DNA of 64,000 bases, from NCBI GenBank assembly GCA_046759385.1, contig JBHICC010000010.1, positions 1,117 to 65,116 on the forward strand, written 5' to 3'. The position numbers and the translations under genes were made by a program. Shown here piece after piece: positions 55,230 to 64,000 of this stretch. The DNA is from Acidiferrobacterales bacterium. GTDB taxonomy: Bacteria; Pseudomonadota; Gammaproteobacteria; Acidiferrobacterales; SPGG2. The notes beneath the pieces were generated by a model. The model searched no databases. It saw only the letters and a program-made list of their open reading frames with translations, and was not told where the DNA came from. Every line of letters begins with the position of its first letter. Position 1 is the stretch's first letter.

Positions 55230-57071
55230 ATGTTTTCCAAAGATTGCCCCCAGTGCGGAAAGGATAACCCAGCGTACGCAGTCCGTTGCGCCTGCGGCTA
55301 TCTGTTCAGCGGACCCGCCGACGGAGATCAGCAAGAGGCAGACCAAGAGCTTACCCTCCAAGAAGAGCAGCTGTATGCGGAATACCTGGCCGCGAGAGCA
55401 GAGCAGGCGACAGCGGCCGCTGAAAGTGCAGCGAAGCTGGCTGCCGCCCAACCAGCTAATCTAGCGAAGAAGAAAGAGGCCGAAGGCGCCAAGGCGGCCG
55501 CAGAAAGAGCCGAGGCTGAGCTCAAGTCGCAGCGCGCCCAGATTAACGTCGCCGCCGCTGGCGCGGCGATCACTGCGACGAAGCCCGCAGCTAAGCAATC
55601 GGTCCCGCAACCACAGCCAGCGCCAAATCCCACGCCAGCGGCTACTAAGACCGCTCAGCCGCGTGCAGCCGCGAATCCGGCCGCTTCACCCAAGGCGCCG
55701 CCGACGCCGCCTGAGGCGAGCAAGAGCGTGCAGCCAACCGCTCAGAGCACAAAATCGGCCGTTGCTGCAAGCCGGCCGGCCGCGCCCAAATCCACGAGCA
55801 AGCAACCGCAAAGGGCCGGAACGGCGACGCAAACAACTCCTGACAAAAAACCGGGGCAGTCGGCAAACGCCGATTCGTTGCAAAAATCCGCGATATTGGC
55901 GCGAGCCGCCGAACTCGCCAAGTCGAAGGCCGATGCTGGCCCAGCGAATGCCGCTGCTCAACCGAACGACCCGACCGCAGCCGTGCCCAAGCCGTTGCCA
56001 AATCCGGCAGTGGCGACACCGACCACAGCGGCGGTCAAATCGCCCGCACCTAGCGCTAAGCCTGCGGCCGCGGCGCCTGCGAATCGAGCTAAGGCAACGG
56101 CGAGCATCACCAAGACATCCTCGCCCCCAACAACAGAGCAGCCGGCGAAGCGTCGCGCTGCGGATCCAACAACCGGCGCGGCCAAGCCAGTGGGAACGTT
56201 GCAGGCGAAAGCGACTCCCGACAAGCCAGTCCGAACTCAGAAGAGTACCAAGGAGCTCGTCGCAGCGGCGCGCGCTACGGCGGCCGCCCACGCGAAGAGA
56301 CTGGCCGCTACCTTGAAAGCGTCCGTGGTCGGCAAAGCAAACGCACCGGGGCCAAAGCTAACAGGCGAAAAGCTGCCGGCTGAGACCGCGAAGAGCGGCG
56401 GTCAGGCGACCAAGACTGTGGCGCCCGGCAGCAAGCCGACCCCCGCGCCCGAGGCTAATTCACGGCCATCGGGTAGCACTGAGACGGATGTTCGCGTATC
56501 GCACGCAGTGGAGTCGGACGATACCGCTCCAACAAAAGTCAACGGCATGGAGCGGCCCATTCCGCAAGGTAACACCGTCCTGCTCGAGCCGGCGGCGGAT
56601 AAACCAGACGCGACAGCGCTCGATCACAGCGCTTCCCCGCAAAGGCCCACGCCCGCCGCGGCGCCCAACGCCAGCAGCCATGCTAGAACACCCCAACGCG
56701 AAGCTCAGTCCGCGCCTAAGCCGGACGACCTTACGCCGCAGGTGGAGCTCGAAGCGGCCCTAGCAGCGCTGGAGTCACGCGCACCGAATGAGGCGGAGGC
56801 ATCGCCAACAGCCCCCACTGCTCCGCAGACCACGGCCGCGACAGCGAGTCAGCCACAAGCAACTCCGGCGTCGCAAGCACAGAAGCCTGCCAACACAAAA
56901 GACTGCCCAAACTGCACCGCAATCATCCCTATGGAAACACGGCGCTGCCGCTGTGGTTTCGCGTTCGCCACCGCCGAGGAATCCATGCCGTCACTGTCTC
57001 TCAGCGACGCGGACGTCGCCGCGTTGGATGGCAAGGTGAAATCCGGCGGTGGTATCACGCCCCTGAGTTAA
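55230..57071 (+). CDS. Hypothetical protein: two terminal zinc ribbons, coiled coil, Ala/Pro/Lys/Thr-rich linker
   Basis: CPQC-x10-CAC at N-terminus and CPNC-x10-CRC near C-terminus. Confidence 0.8.
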   Translation: MFSKDCPQCGKDNPAYAVRCACGYLFSGPADGDQQEADQELTLQEEQLYAEYLAARAEQATAAAESAAKLAAAQPANLAKKKEAEGAKAAAERAEAELKSQRAQINVAAAGAAITATKPAAKQSVPQPQPAPNPTPAATKTAQPRAAANPAASPKAPPTPPEASKSVQPTAQSTKSAVAASRPAAPKSTSKQPQRAGTATQTTPDKKPGQSANADSLQKSAILARAAELAKSKADAGPANAAAQPNDPTAAVPKPLPNPAVATPTTAAVKSPAPSAKPAAAAPANRAKATASITKTSSPPTTEQPAKRRAADPTTGAAKPVGTLQAKATPDKPVRTQKSTKELVAAARATAAAHAKRLAATLKASVVGKANAPGPKLTGEKLPAETAKSGGQATKTVAPGSKPTPAPEANSRPSGSTETDVRVSHAVESDDTAPTKVNGMERPIPQGNTVLLEPAADKPDATALDHSASPQRPTPAAAPNASSHARTPQREAQSAPKPDDLTPQVELEAALAALESRAPNEAEASPTAPTAPQTTAATASQPQATPASQAQKPANTKDCPNCTAIIPMETRRCRCGFAFATAEESMPSLSLSDADVAALDGKVKSGGGITPLS

Positions 57072-57190
57072 CTCTTCGCTCACCCGGCGTTCATGTCAGA
57101 ACGCTCTGCGATGGCGCACGGCTTTACTTCGCATGCCTCGTGCGGCACCTTAGCACTATCAAGCTAATCTCCTCGGAGGCGACGGTAGCG

Positions 57191-58531
57191 ATGGCGACGA
57201 ATGATTATGAAAAGAAAAAGCAGCGATTGATGGATGAACTGCGCAACCATGAAGGAAACGTTATCGGCATCGCCAAGACCACGTCCAATCTTTTCCGCGA
57301 CCGTGCGGCTAGCAAGAAGTACAGGCTCGGCGTCGGCACTCTGAAGAATGTCCTTGAAATCAACCCTGAGACCCGCGTAGCGGAGATTGAAGCAATGGCA
57401 TCCTATGCGGATATCGTGGATGCCACACTGCCACATGGCGTGCTGCCCACCGTGGTCCCAGAACTCAAATCCATCACCATCGGCGGCGCGGTCTCGGGTA
57501 TCGGTATTGAGTCGTCGTCGTTCAAGTATGGGTTAGCCCATGAAGGTGTTCTGGAGATGGAGATATTGCTCGCCGATGGAAATACGGTTATCGCCACGCC
57601 GGATAACGAACATAGGGATCTTTTCTTCGCTTTCCCGAACTCGTATGGGACGTTCGGCTACGTGCTCAAGCTCAAGATCAAGCTTGTGCCGGTTAGACCA
57701 TATGTACGGCTAACACACGTTCGCTATGAAGATATCTCGAGCTTATTTGAGGGCATCAACGATCTCTGCAACCAGGACATAGACTTTCTTGACGGGACGG
57801 TGTTTGGTCACGGCGAAATGTATGTCACCACGGGCAAGTACGTTCACGAAGCTCCTTATACTAGTGATTACACTTACGAAAATATCTACTATCACTCGAT
57901 ACGTCGACGCGAGCGCGACTATCTGACCATTCTGGACTACATATGGCGATGGGATACCGATTGGTTTTGGTGTTCAAAGAATCTTTTCGCTGAACACGCG
58001 CTCGTGCGTGCCCTTGTTGGAAAATCGCGTCTTAACTCTGTGACCTATACCAAGATCATGCGGTGGAACAGTAGATGGCGACTCACCCACCGCCTTAATC
58101 GCTTGCTTGGTTATCACACTGAATCGGTGATTCAAGACGTGGACATTGCGATAGACAAAGCGCCCGAGTTCCTGGATTTCTTCCAGAGAGAGGTGGGGAT
58201 TACGCCGATTTGGATTTGCCCCGTTCGTGCCTACGATAAGTCGAGGCAATTCGATCTCTATGCCATGGACCCGAGCAAAATCTATATCAATTTCGGTTTC
58301 TGGGACGAAAAAAAAGGGCGGATCCAGCTCTCCGAGGGCCACTACAACCGACAGATTGAACAGAAAGTGGTGGAGTTAGGCGGAATCAAATCCTTATACT
58401 CGGATTCGTACTTCGGGCCAGATGAGTTTTGGCATCAATACAATAAGGCGGTCTACGACAAGATCAAGTCACGCTACGACCCACAAGCTCGGCTTAAGGA
58501 TATCTACCAGAAGTGCGTTCTTAGGCAATAA
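57191..58531 (+). CDS. FAD-binding oxidoreductase, DHCR24/TmsA(BfaA)-like
   Basis: AKTTSNLFR, VVPELKSITIGGAVSGIGIESSSF, FPNSYGTFGY, WRWDTDWFWCS, KSLYSDSY. Confidence 0.85.
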   Translation: MATNDYEKKKQRLMDELRNHEGNVIGIAKTTSNLFRDRAASKKYRLGVGTLKNVLEINPETRVAEIEAMASYADIVDATLPHGVLPTVVPELKSITIGGAVSGIGIESSSFKYGLAHEGVLEMEILLADGNTVIATPDNEHRDLFFAFPNSYGTFGYVLKLKIKLVPVRPYVRLTHVRYEDISSLFEGINDLCNQDIDFLDGTVFGHGEMYVTTGKYVHEAPYTSDYTYENIYYHSIRRRERDYLTILDYIWRWDTDWFWCSKNLFAEHALVRALVGKSRLNSVTYTKIMRWNSRWRLTHRLNRLLGYHTESVIQDVDIAIDKAPEFLDFFQREVGITPIWICPVRAYDKSRQFDLYAMDPSKIYINFGFWDEKKGRIQLSEGHYNRQIEQKVVELGGIKSLYSDSYFGPDEFWHQYNKAVYDKIKSRYDPQARLKDIYQKCVLRQ

Positions 58532-58882
58532 CACCACTGGCCCTTAACCATATTTTCTTCATGGTTATAGCTCGCGCGGCCCATTTTGCGCGGTCGAAAC
58601 GCTTGCATCGAGCACTACCGGTCGTTCCCGCCCGATGGGGCGCGCCCCGTACGCGACGAGGGGTATTGGCACGGCTTTCACATCCGACTAGTGGTATAGA
58701 TCGGGGGTTTGATGGCGTGAAACGGCCGACTGACGGCGCCGGCATCCATGAAGCGCGGCCTTATACTCGTAGCCCGGCCGCGGCTGATATCGATGTCGCT
58801 GTCGAACCCTCGCAGGTGAGTACAACCTAGGTCTCCCGCAATCTTTGGCCGATGAAGCTAGTAGCCGGGAGAAGTACGAACG

Positions 58883-61048
58883 GTGCTAATGGCCACAGAC
58901 AACAGCAGCCAACCCCTTGGCAAGCAGCTCAGCGACTACAACCGTTGGCGTCAAGGCCTCATTGGTAAAATCCAGGCGTTTCAAGACTGGCTCGAACAAG
59001 AGGGACTCGCCGAGGCGGAGGATGATCTTCGCGTCTACGAGCTTGTTGAGGCGCTCAAGAATGACAAGTTAACGATCGCCATTGTAGGCGAGTTTTCACG
59101 CGGCAAGACCGAGCTGATCAACGCCATTTTCTTCGCGGATTATAAGAAGCGCCTACTTCCTACCGAGGCCGGGCGCACTACCATGTGCCCGACGGAGCTG
59201 CGTTTCGACAAAGATGAGCCCCCCTGTATCAAGCTGCTGCCGATCGATACGCGCCGAAGCCCGCAGACTATCGCTGAGTACAGGCGCCTGACGACTTACT
59301 GGACCACGTTCTCATTAGAACTCGGCTCGCCCGACCAGATGGCGGAAGCTCTACATGAGGTCGTCAAGTCGCAAACCGTGGGCGTCCGCGAGGCGCAAGA
59401 ACTTGGACTGCACAACGAGGATACACAAGAAAACGGTTCGCAAACCCAAATACCGGTGTGGCGGCACGCAGTCATCAACTACCCGCACCCGTTGCTGGAG
59501 CAAGGGCTGGTCATTCTAGATACCCCGGGCCTCAACGCGCTCGGGGCGGAACCTGAGCTCACCATGAGTATGCTGCCTCAAGCACACGTGGTGATGTTTG
59601 TCCTCGGGGCGGATACTGGGGTTACCAAGTCGGACATGGCCGTATGGAAGGACCACGTGTGCATGGCCAAAAGTGACAAAAACGAAGGCCGAATTGTCGT
59701 GCTGAATAAAATTGACACACTTTGGGACGAGCTACGTGGCGAGAACGCTGTTTCGGCCTCGATCTCCCGCCAGGCACAGGAAAGTGCGGCCGCGCTTGGC
59801 GTAAACAAAGGTCACGTGTTTCCCGTCTCGGCCCAGAAAGGTCTGCTCGGAAAGATAAGAAAAAATGAGGAACTTGTAGCTAGAAGCGGATTACCGGAAC
59901 TAGAGGTGAAGCTCTCCGAGGACATTGTCCCGGCAAAACAGGTCCTGATCCGCAAGAAAGTCGAGCACGAGATGAAAGACATCGTCGAAAGGACCGCGGC
60001 CACCTTGGGTGAAAGACTCTCCGCGACCAAGGCTGAACTCAAAGAGCTTAAGAGCATCAGCGGGAAAAACCGTGACGTGATTACAAATATGATGGAGAAA
60101 AAGCGTCAAGACCAGGAAAGCTATGACAAGAAGCTAGCGAACCTGGAGAAGACAAAGCACGTGCTCAACGAGCAGGTAAGATTACTGTTAGCTAAGTTGA
60201 GCATGAATGCGTTCGATGGCTTGATTGAAAAGACACGCGAGGATATGAGGGGCAGCTGGACCACGCACGGATTAAAGGCGGGGATGAGGACTTTCTTCGA
60301 TGGGTCAATGGTGACAATGGCGAAAGTGCATAAACAGACCGAGCGCATCAAAGGATTGGTCGAGGCGGTTTACAAACAGTTTCAGGTTGGCCATGGCCTC
60401 GCCAAGCTTAAGTTGGAAAGCTTTGCGCTGCAGCCGTATTACCAGCAATTCAAGCATCTACACAAGGAAGCCGAGGTTTTCCGGAACAGCCCCACCACGG
60501 TGATGACGGAGCAACACTTCGTAGTAAAGAAATTCTTCATTACCCTAGCCAGTCGAGCTCGGCAGATTTTTGAGGAAAGCAATAAAGGCGCACAACTTTG
60601 GAGCAAGGCGATCATGGCGCCGGTGTTTGCGCGCATTCGCGAGCATAAGCTGACGATGGATCAACGTGTGGCCAATCTCCAGAAGATTCATAAGAGCTTG
60701 GACAACCTTAACGTGCGAATCAGTCAGCTGGAAGCTGCGAGGGAAAAACTGAAGCAGCAGCAAAAGATAACTCTAAGCATATTGCCACACGTTAAGCAGC
60801 CAACTGTGTCGAACGGAGATGATCCCGGCGATAATGCCTTAGCGAAACCTGTGTCCACAGAGATGGATGAGGACACGACGACCATCACCCAGCCGATAAC
60901 AACTATCGAGGAAAATGAGGCGATCACCGTCACACGATCCAGAATCACCGACGACATGCAAAGCAGCACTGCCGCTGCACGGCCATCGCCGGTGGATGAT
61001 GACGAGGTACCGACGGACCGGCTGCCTGTTGCGGGCGGCGCTGGCTAA
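58883..61048 (+). CDS. Bacterial dynamin-like GTPase
   Basis: G1 GEFSRGKT, G2 TTMCPT, G3 DTPG, G4 NKID, then long helical stalk. Confidence 0.9.
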   Translation: MLMATDNSSQPLGKQLSDYNRWRQGLIGKIQAFQDWLEQEGLAEAEDDLRVYELVEALKNDKLTIAIVGEFSRGKTELINAIFFADYKKRLLPTEAGRTTMCPTELRFDKDEPPCIKLLPIDTRRSPQTIAEYRRLTTYWTTFSLELGSPDQMAEALHEVVKSQTVGVREAQELGLHNEDTQENGSQTQIPVWRHAVINYPHPLLEQGLVILDTPGLNALGAEPELTMSMLPQAHVVMFVLGADTGVTKSDMAVWKDHVCMAKSDKNEGRIVVLNKIDTLWDELRGENAVSASISRQAQESAAALGVNKGHVFPVSAQKGLLGKIRKNEELVARSGLPELEVKLSEDIVPAKQVLIRKKVEHEMKDIVERTAATLGERLSATKAELKELKSISGKNRDVITNMMEKKRQDQESYDKKLANLEKTKHVLNEQVRLLLAKLSMNAFDGLIEKTREDMRGSWTTHGLKAGMRTFFDGSMVTMAKVHKQTERIKGLVEAVYKQFQVGHGLAKLKLESFALQPYYQQFKHLHKEAEVFRNSPTTVMTEQHFVVKKFFITLASRARQIFEESNKGAQLWSKAIMAPVFARIREHKLTMDQRVANLQKIHKSLDNLNVRISQLEAAREKLKQQQKITLSILPHVKQPTVSNGDDPGDNALAKPVSTEMDEDTTTITQPITTIEENEAITVTRSRITDDMQSSTAAARPSPVDDDEVPTDRLPVAGGAG

Positions 61049-61439
61049 CGCTTACAACACGATTACGAAACAAGCGGCGGCGGTGCGCTTCGTTCAAGCG
61101 TACGCGTCGAGCCGCTGAGGCACATCGCGACACAGCGGTTCTTGCTTAACGCGCACGGCCTCACAAAAGATTCTGCAATATCATCAAGCCTTTAGTGGCG
61201 TCACGCTAAGAACGACTGTTCTTGGTTCTTTGCCGAACATGTCGTCACTGGGACGTGAAGTTGTAAGGAAAGGACGAGCGGTCGCTTACAAGGGACGAGC
61301 GGCATGCTACCGCGACGCACCAATGACGTGCGCGCAAGCAAATCATCGCAATTGAGATTCTCGGCCATGCAATTCGTTAACAAGCGTCTACAATAATCTC
61401 TATACCCTCCGGGTGGGCAGTAGATATTTAGGAGGCCAG

Positions 61440-61526
61440 ATGATGAAGGTAACACAGGAGAAAGATCCGAAGAAGTACGTGGTCCTTCTGGTTTTGGTAG
61501 GCGTCTTCTTCTGGATCGTCATGTAG
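61440..61526 (+). CDS. 28-aa single-TM microprotein (below track cutoff)
   Basis: AGGAGG RBS; MMKVTQEKDPKKYVVLLVLVGVFFWIVM; terminator follows. Confidence 0.65.
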   Translation: MMKVTQEKDPKKYVVLLVLVGVFFWIVM

Positions 61527-61557
61527 GCGGCCAAAAGCCAAACTCACAGAGTTTTCG

Positions 61558-61592
61558 AAAAAAGGGCTGCACTAGCAGCCCTTTCTCGTTTT
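61558..61592. terminator. Bidirectional intrinsic terminator
   Basis: AAAGGGCTGC-ACTA-GCAGCCCTTT with A/T-rich flanks, between convergent genes. Confidence 0.8.
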
Positions 61593-61645
61593 GCGCGGTT
61601 GCGCGCCAGCGGCCCTCAGCCAACACTGGCACGAGTAGCTAACAA

Positions 61646-62761
61646 TTACACACTACCCCTCACTTTTTCGACGATGTCTGCCATCGTGTCGTGTTGCTCC
61701 TCCATGCTGCGTACTAGTTGGAATTGGTTGCGCGCACGATCGAGATTGTGCTCAGGGCGTTTGACCCTGAAGTAGACATCACCTTTAAGGTAGTCCGTCA
61801 AAAAACGCATGCCAGTCTCGAATGTGATTACCCGGCCAGCAATAGGCAACAGATCAAACTCGTCTACAGTCAGAAATGCGGTGGCCTCACGTAGGTAACC
61901 TTCTACAAGCGCCTTAAATACCGGCAAACGCACATGGACGTGGTCGAGATCGAATTCGGCTTCACCGCCAGCGCTTACGCTGCTGCGCACTAGATCGCCA
62001 AAGTCATGCAACACCAGTCCGGGCATCGCCGTGTCGAGGTCGATGATGCAAAGCGCTTCGTCCGTTCTGTCGTCAAACAGTATGTTGTCGATCTTGGTAT
62101 CGTTATGTGTCACGCGCCGGGGCAACTTACCGCGTGCAAGTGCGTCATCAAAAGCACGAGCGAGCGGCTCACGCGCCAAGGCAAAGCCAATCTCGGCATC
62201 GGCTGTCATGACACGATTCAAGCGATCCGCCTGAATAGCCCGGCACAGCTGCTCATAGCGCTTAGCGGTGTCGTGGAAGCCAGGGATCGATTCGTGCAAG
62301 CTGAATGCCGGTAGATCGGCCAAGAGCTTCGCAAACCTCGCAAAAGCGGCGGCAGCCTCGGTCGCCAGCGCGGGTCCGACTACATCGTGTGTATGCGTGC
62401 GCTCGATGTAGTCATAAGTACGCCAATAGGCTCCTTCAGCATCGACATGATAGGGTCGACCGTCTTCGCTGTAGATTAAGGTTAAGACGCGGCGCTCAAG
62501 ATCACCTAAGCCTTCGTTTTCGAGCTTGCCGCGCAGATGATCGATGACGCGAACGATGTTTTCCATCACCTGTTCAGGGTGTGAAAACACACGGTTGTTG
62601 ATGCGCTGGTGGATGTATCGACGGGCTCGGTCGTCGCCGACATAGGTGACAACGTAAGTGTCGTGGATATGGCCACGATGCAGTTCCGTTGCATGCGTGA
62701 GGCGGCCATGCAAGCCAAAACGCCGGCCGATTTCATCTACGATCCGTCGCACAGAAAGCAC
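61646..62761 (-). CDS. APH-fold phosphotransferase, N-acetylhexosamine 1-kinase-like
   Basis: GHIHDTY, QRIN, FHDT, HNDTKIDNILFD, IIDLDT, RFLTDYL. Confidence 0.85.
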   Translation of the reverse strand: MLSVRRIVDEIGRRFGLHGRLTHATELHRGHIHDTYVVTYVGDDRARRYIHQRINNRVFSHPEQVMENIVRVIDHLRGKLENEGLGDLERRVLTLIYSEDGRPYHVDAEGAYWRTYDYIERTHTHDVVGPALATEAAAAFARFAKLLADLPAFSLHESIPGFHDTAKRYEQLCRAIQADRLNRVMTADAEIGFALAREPLARAFDDALARGKLPRRVTHNDTKIDNILFDDRTDEALCIIDLDTAMPGLVLHDFGDLVRSSVSAGGEAEFDLDHVHVRLPVFKALVEGYLREATAFLTVDEFDLLPIAGRVITFETGMRFLTDYLKGDVYFRVKRPEHNLDRARNQFQLVRSMEEQHDTMADIVEKVRGSV

Positions 62762-62860
62762 GGGTGTACGGTTGTGGTTAGCCGATGGGTGACCTGAGCG
62801 CCGCTGCCGTTCGGTCAGATAACGGGTGTATTCGTCATTAAACGCCTGATACGTGTACCG

Positions 62861-64000
62861 CTATCCGTTTATCTTCGCGACCAGTGCGTCCGCGAAAGCG
62901 CTGGTCGATACGGTTTGAGCGCCTTCCATTTGCCGCGCGAAATCGTAGGTTACGACCTTATCAGCGATCAACCTTGGATAGGCTGCATTAATCAGCTCCG
63001 CCGCTTCATGCCAGCCCATATACTCAAGCATCATGGCGCCTGACAGCAGCAAAGAACTTGGATTGACCTTGTCTTGGTTTGCGTACTTAGGCGCTGTACC
63101 ATGCGTAGCCTCGAAAACCGCCACCACGTCGCCAATGTTGGCGCCCGGCGCGATACCGATACCACCAACCTCGGCAGCGACAGCGTCCGAAAGATAATCG
63201 CCATTCAAGTTCATGGTCGCAAGCACGTCGAACTCACTCGGCCGCAGCTGCAACAGCTGAAAGATTATGTCAGCGATACGATCTTTGATAACCAGCTTAC
63301 CCCGCGGTCGGTTACCTTCATACTGATCGTACAGATCGTCCTCTGTTATTACGAGATCGCTGAATTCCTCTTTGGCGAGTTCATAACCCCAATTGCGAAA
63401 TGCGCCCTCGGTATACTTCATAATATTGCCTTTGTGTACCAAGGTGACGCTTTCGCGATCGTGGTCTAGCGCATACTGAATCGCTTTTCGAATGAGCCGT
63501 TTACTGCCAAACGGGCTGATGGGCTTAACGGCTAGCCCGGCATCATCAAAGAACTCGGCTCCTAGCTCTTCGCGCAAGAAGCGCGCTAGCTTATCATTCT
63601 CCGGCGTACCGCTTGCGTACTCGATCCCCGCATAAACATCCTCGGTATTCTCGCGAAAGATGACCACGTCTACCTGCTCCGGACGACGCATAGGCGACGG
63701 TACACCATCGTAATAACGTACCGGACGCACACACGCATACAAATCAAGCGCCTGTCGCAGAGAAACATTCAGCGAGCGAAATCCTCCGCCCACAGGTGTC
63801 GTAAGCGGGCCTTTAATGGCGATGGTCAATTCCTTTATTGCATCTAGGCTTTCCTGGGGAAAATAATCACCATCGTATAGACCTGCCGCCTTTTCCCCCA
63901 GGTAAAGTTCACACCAATGGATCTTGCGCTTGCCGCCGTATGCCTTCTCCACGGCCGCATCCCACACGCGCAGGCTCGCCCGAGTAATGTCAGGACCGAT
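62861..64000 (-). CDS. icd: NADP-dependent isocitrate dehydrogenase (5' end outside window)
   Basis: IGPDIT at edge; [48 protein letters not shown]. Confidence 0.98.
   Translation of the reverse strand: MGPDITRASLRVWDAAVEKAYGGKRKIHWCELYLGEKAAGLYDGDYFPQESLDAIKELTIAIKGPLTTPVGGGFRSLNVSLRQALDLYACVRPVRYYDGVPSPMRRPEQVDVVIFRENTEDVYAGIEYASGTPENDKLARFLREELGAEFFDDAGLAVKPISPFGSKRLIRKAIQYALDHDRESVTLVHKGNIMKYTEGAFRNWGYELAKEEFSDLVITEDDLYDQYEGNRPRGKLVIKDRIADIIFQLLQLRPSEFDVLATMNLNGDYLSDAVAAEVGGIGIAPGANIGDVVAVFEATHGTAPKYANQDKVNPSSLLLSGAMMLEYMGWHEAAELINAAYPRLIADKVVTYDFARQMEGAQTVSTSAFADALVAKING

Noticed and set aside
58665-58680. Sigma54-like TGGCACG upstream of the dynamin gene (similar TGGCATG at ~43162)
   Set aside because: The required -12 GC is absent at the correct spacing in both.
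61646-62761. Aminoglycoside resistance gene
   Set aside because: Fold name only; motifs fit sugar kinases and the context is housekeeping.

Overview
Core chromosome of a moderately GC-rich (visually just under 60%) Gammaproteobacterium; Acidiferrobacterales-like affinity is only a guess. Housekeeping blocks: thyA-folA, leuCDB-asd-fimV, aroC, metH, nadC, pgeF-rluD/bamD, nadE, aat-bpt-infA/clpA-clpS/cspD-mnmA-purB, sucAB and a partial icd. Most unusual items: (1) PurB carries an in-frame N-terminal Cro/XRE-like HTH where hflD normally lies, preceded by an operator-like palindrome in a candidate leaderless promoter; (2) a Slam/type XI secretion-like barrel paired with a FecR-domain protein ending in a TbpB-like barrel, with a G-tract frameshift in the barrel's last strand; (3) a zinc-metallopeptidase plus ATP-grasp ligase pair; (4) a ~2.3 kb integrase mini-island bounded by degenerate tRNA-Glu pieces; (5) a double zinc-ribbon protein with a long low-complexity linker; (6) an unlisted 28-aa membrane microprotein gene. 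No rRNA, intact tRNA or CRISPR array was seen. All calls come from motif recognition and synteny, not database searches.
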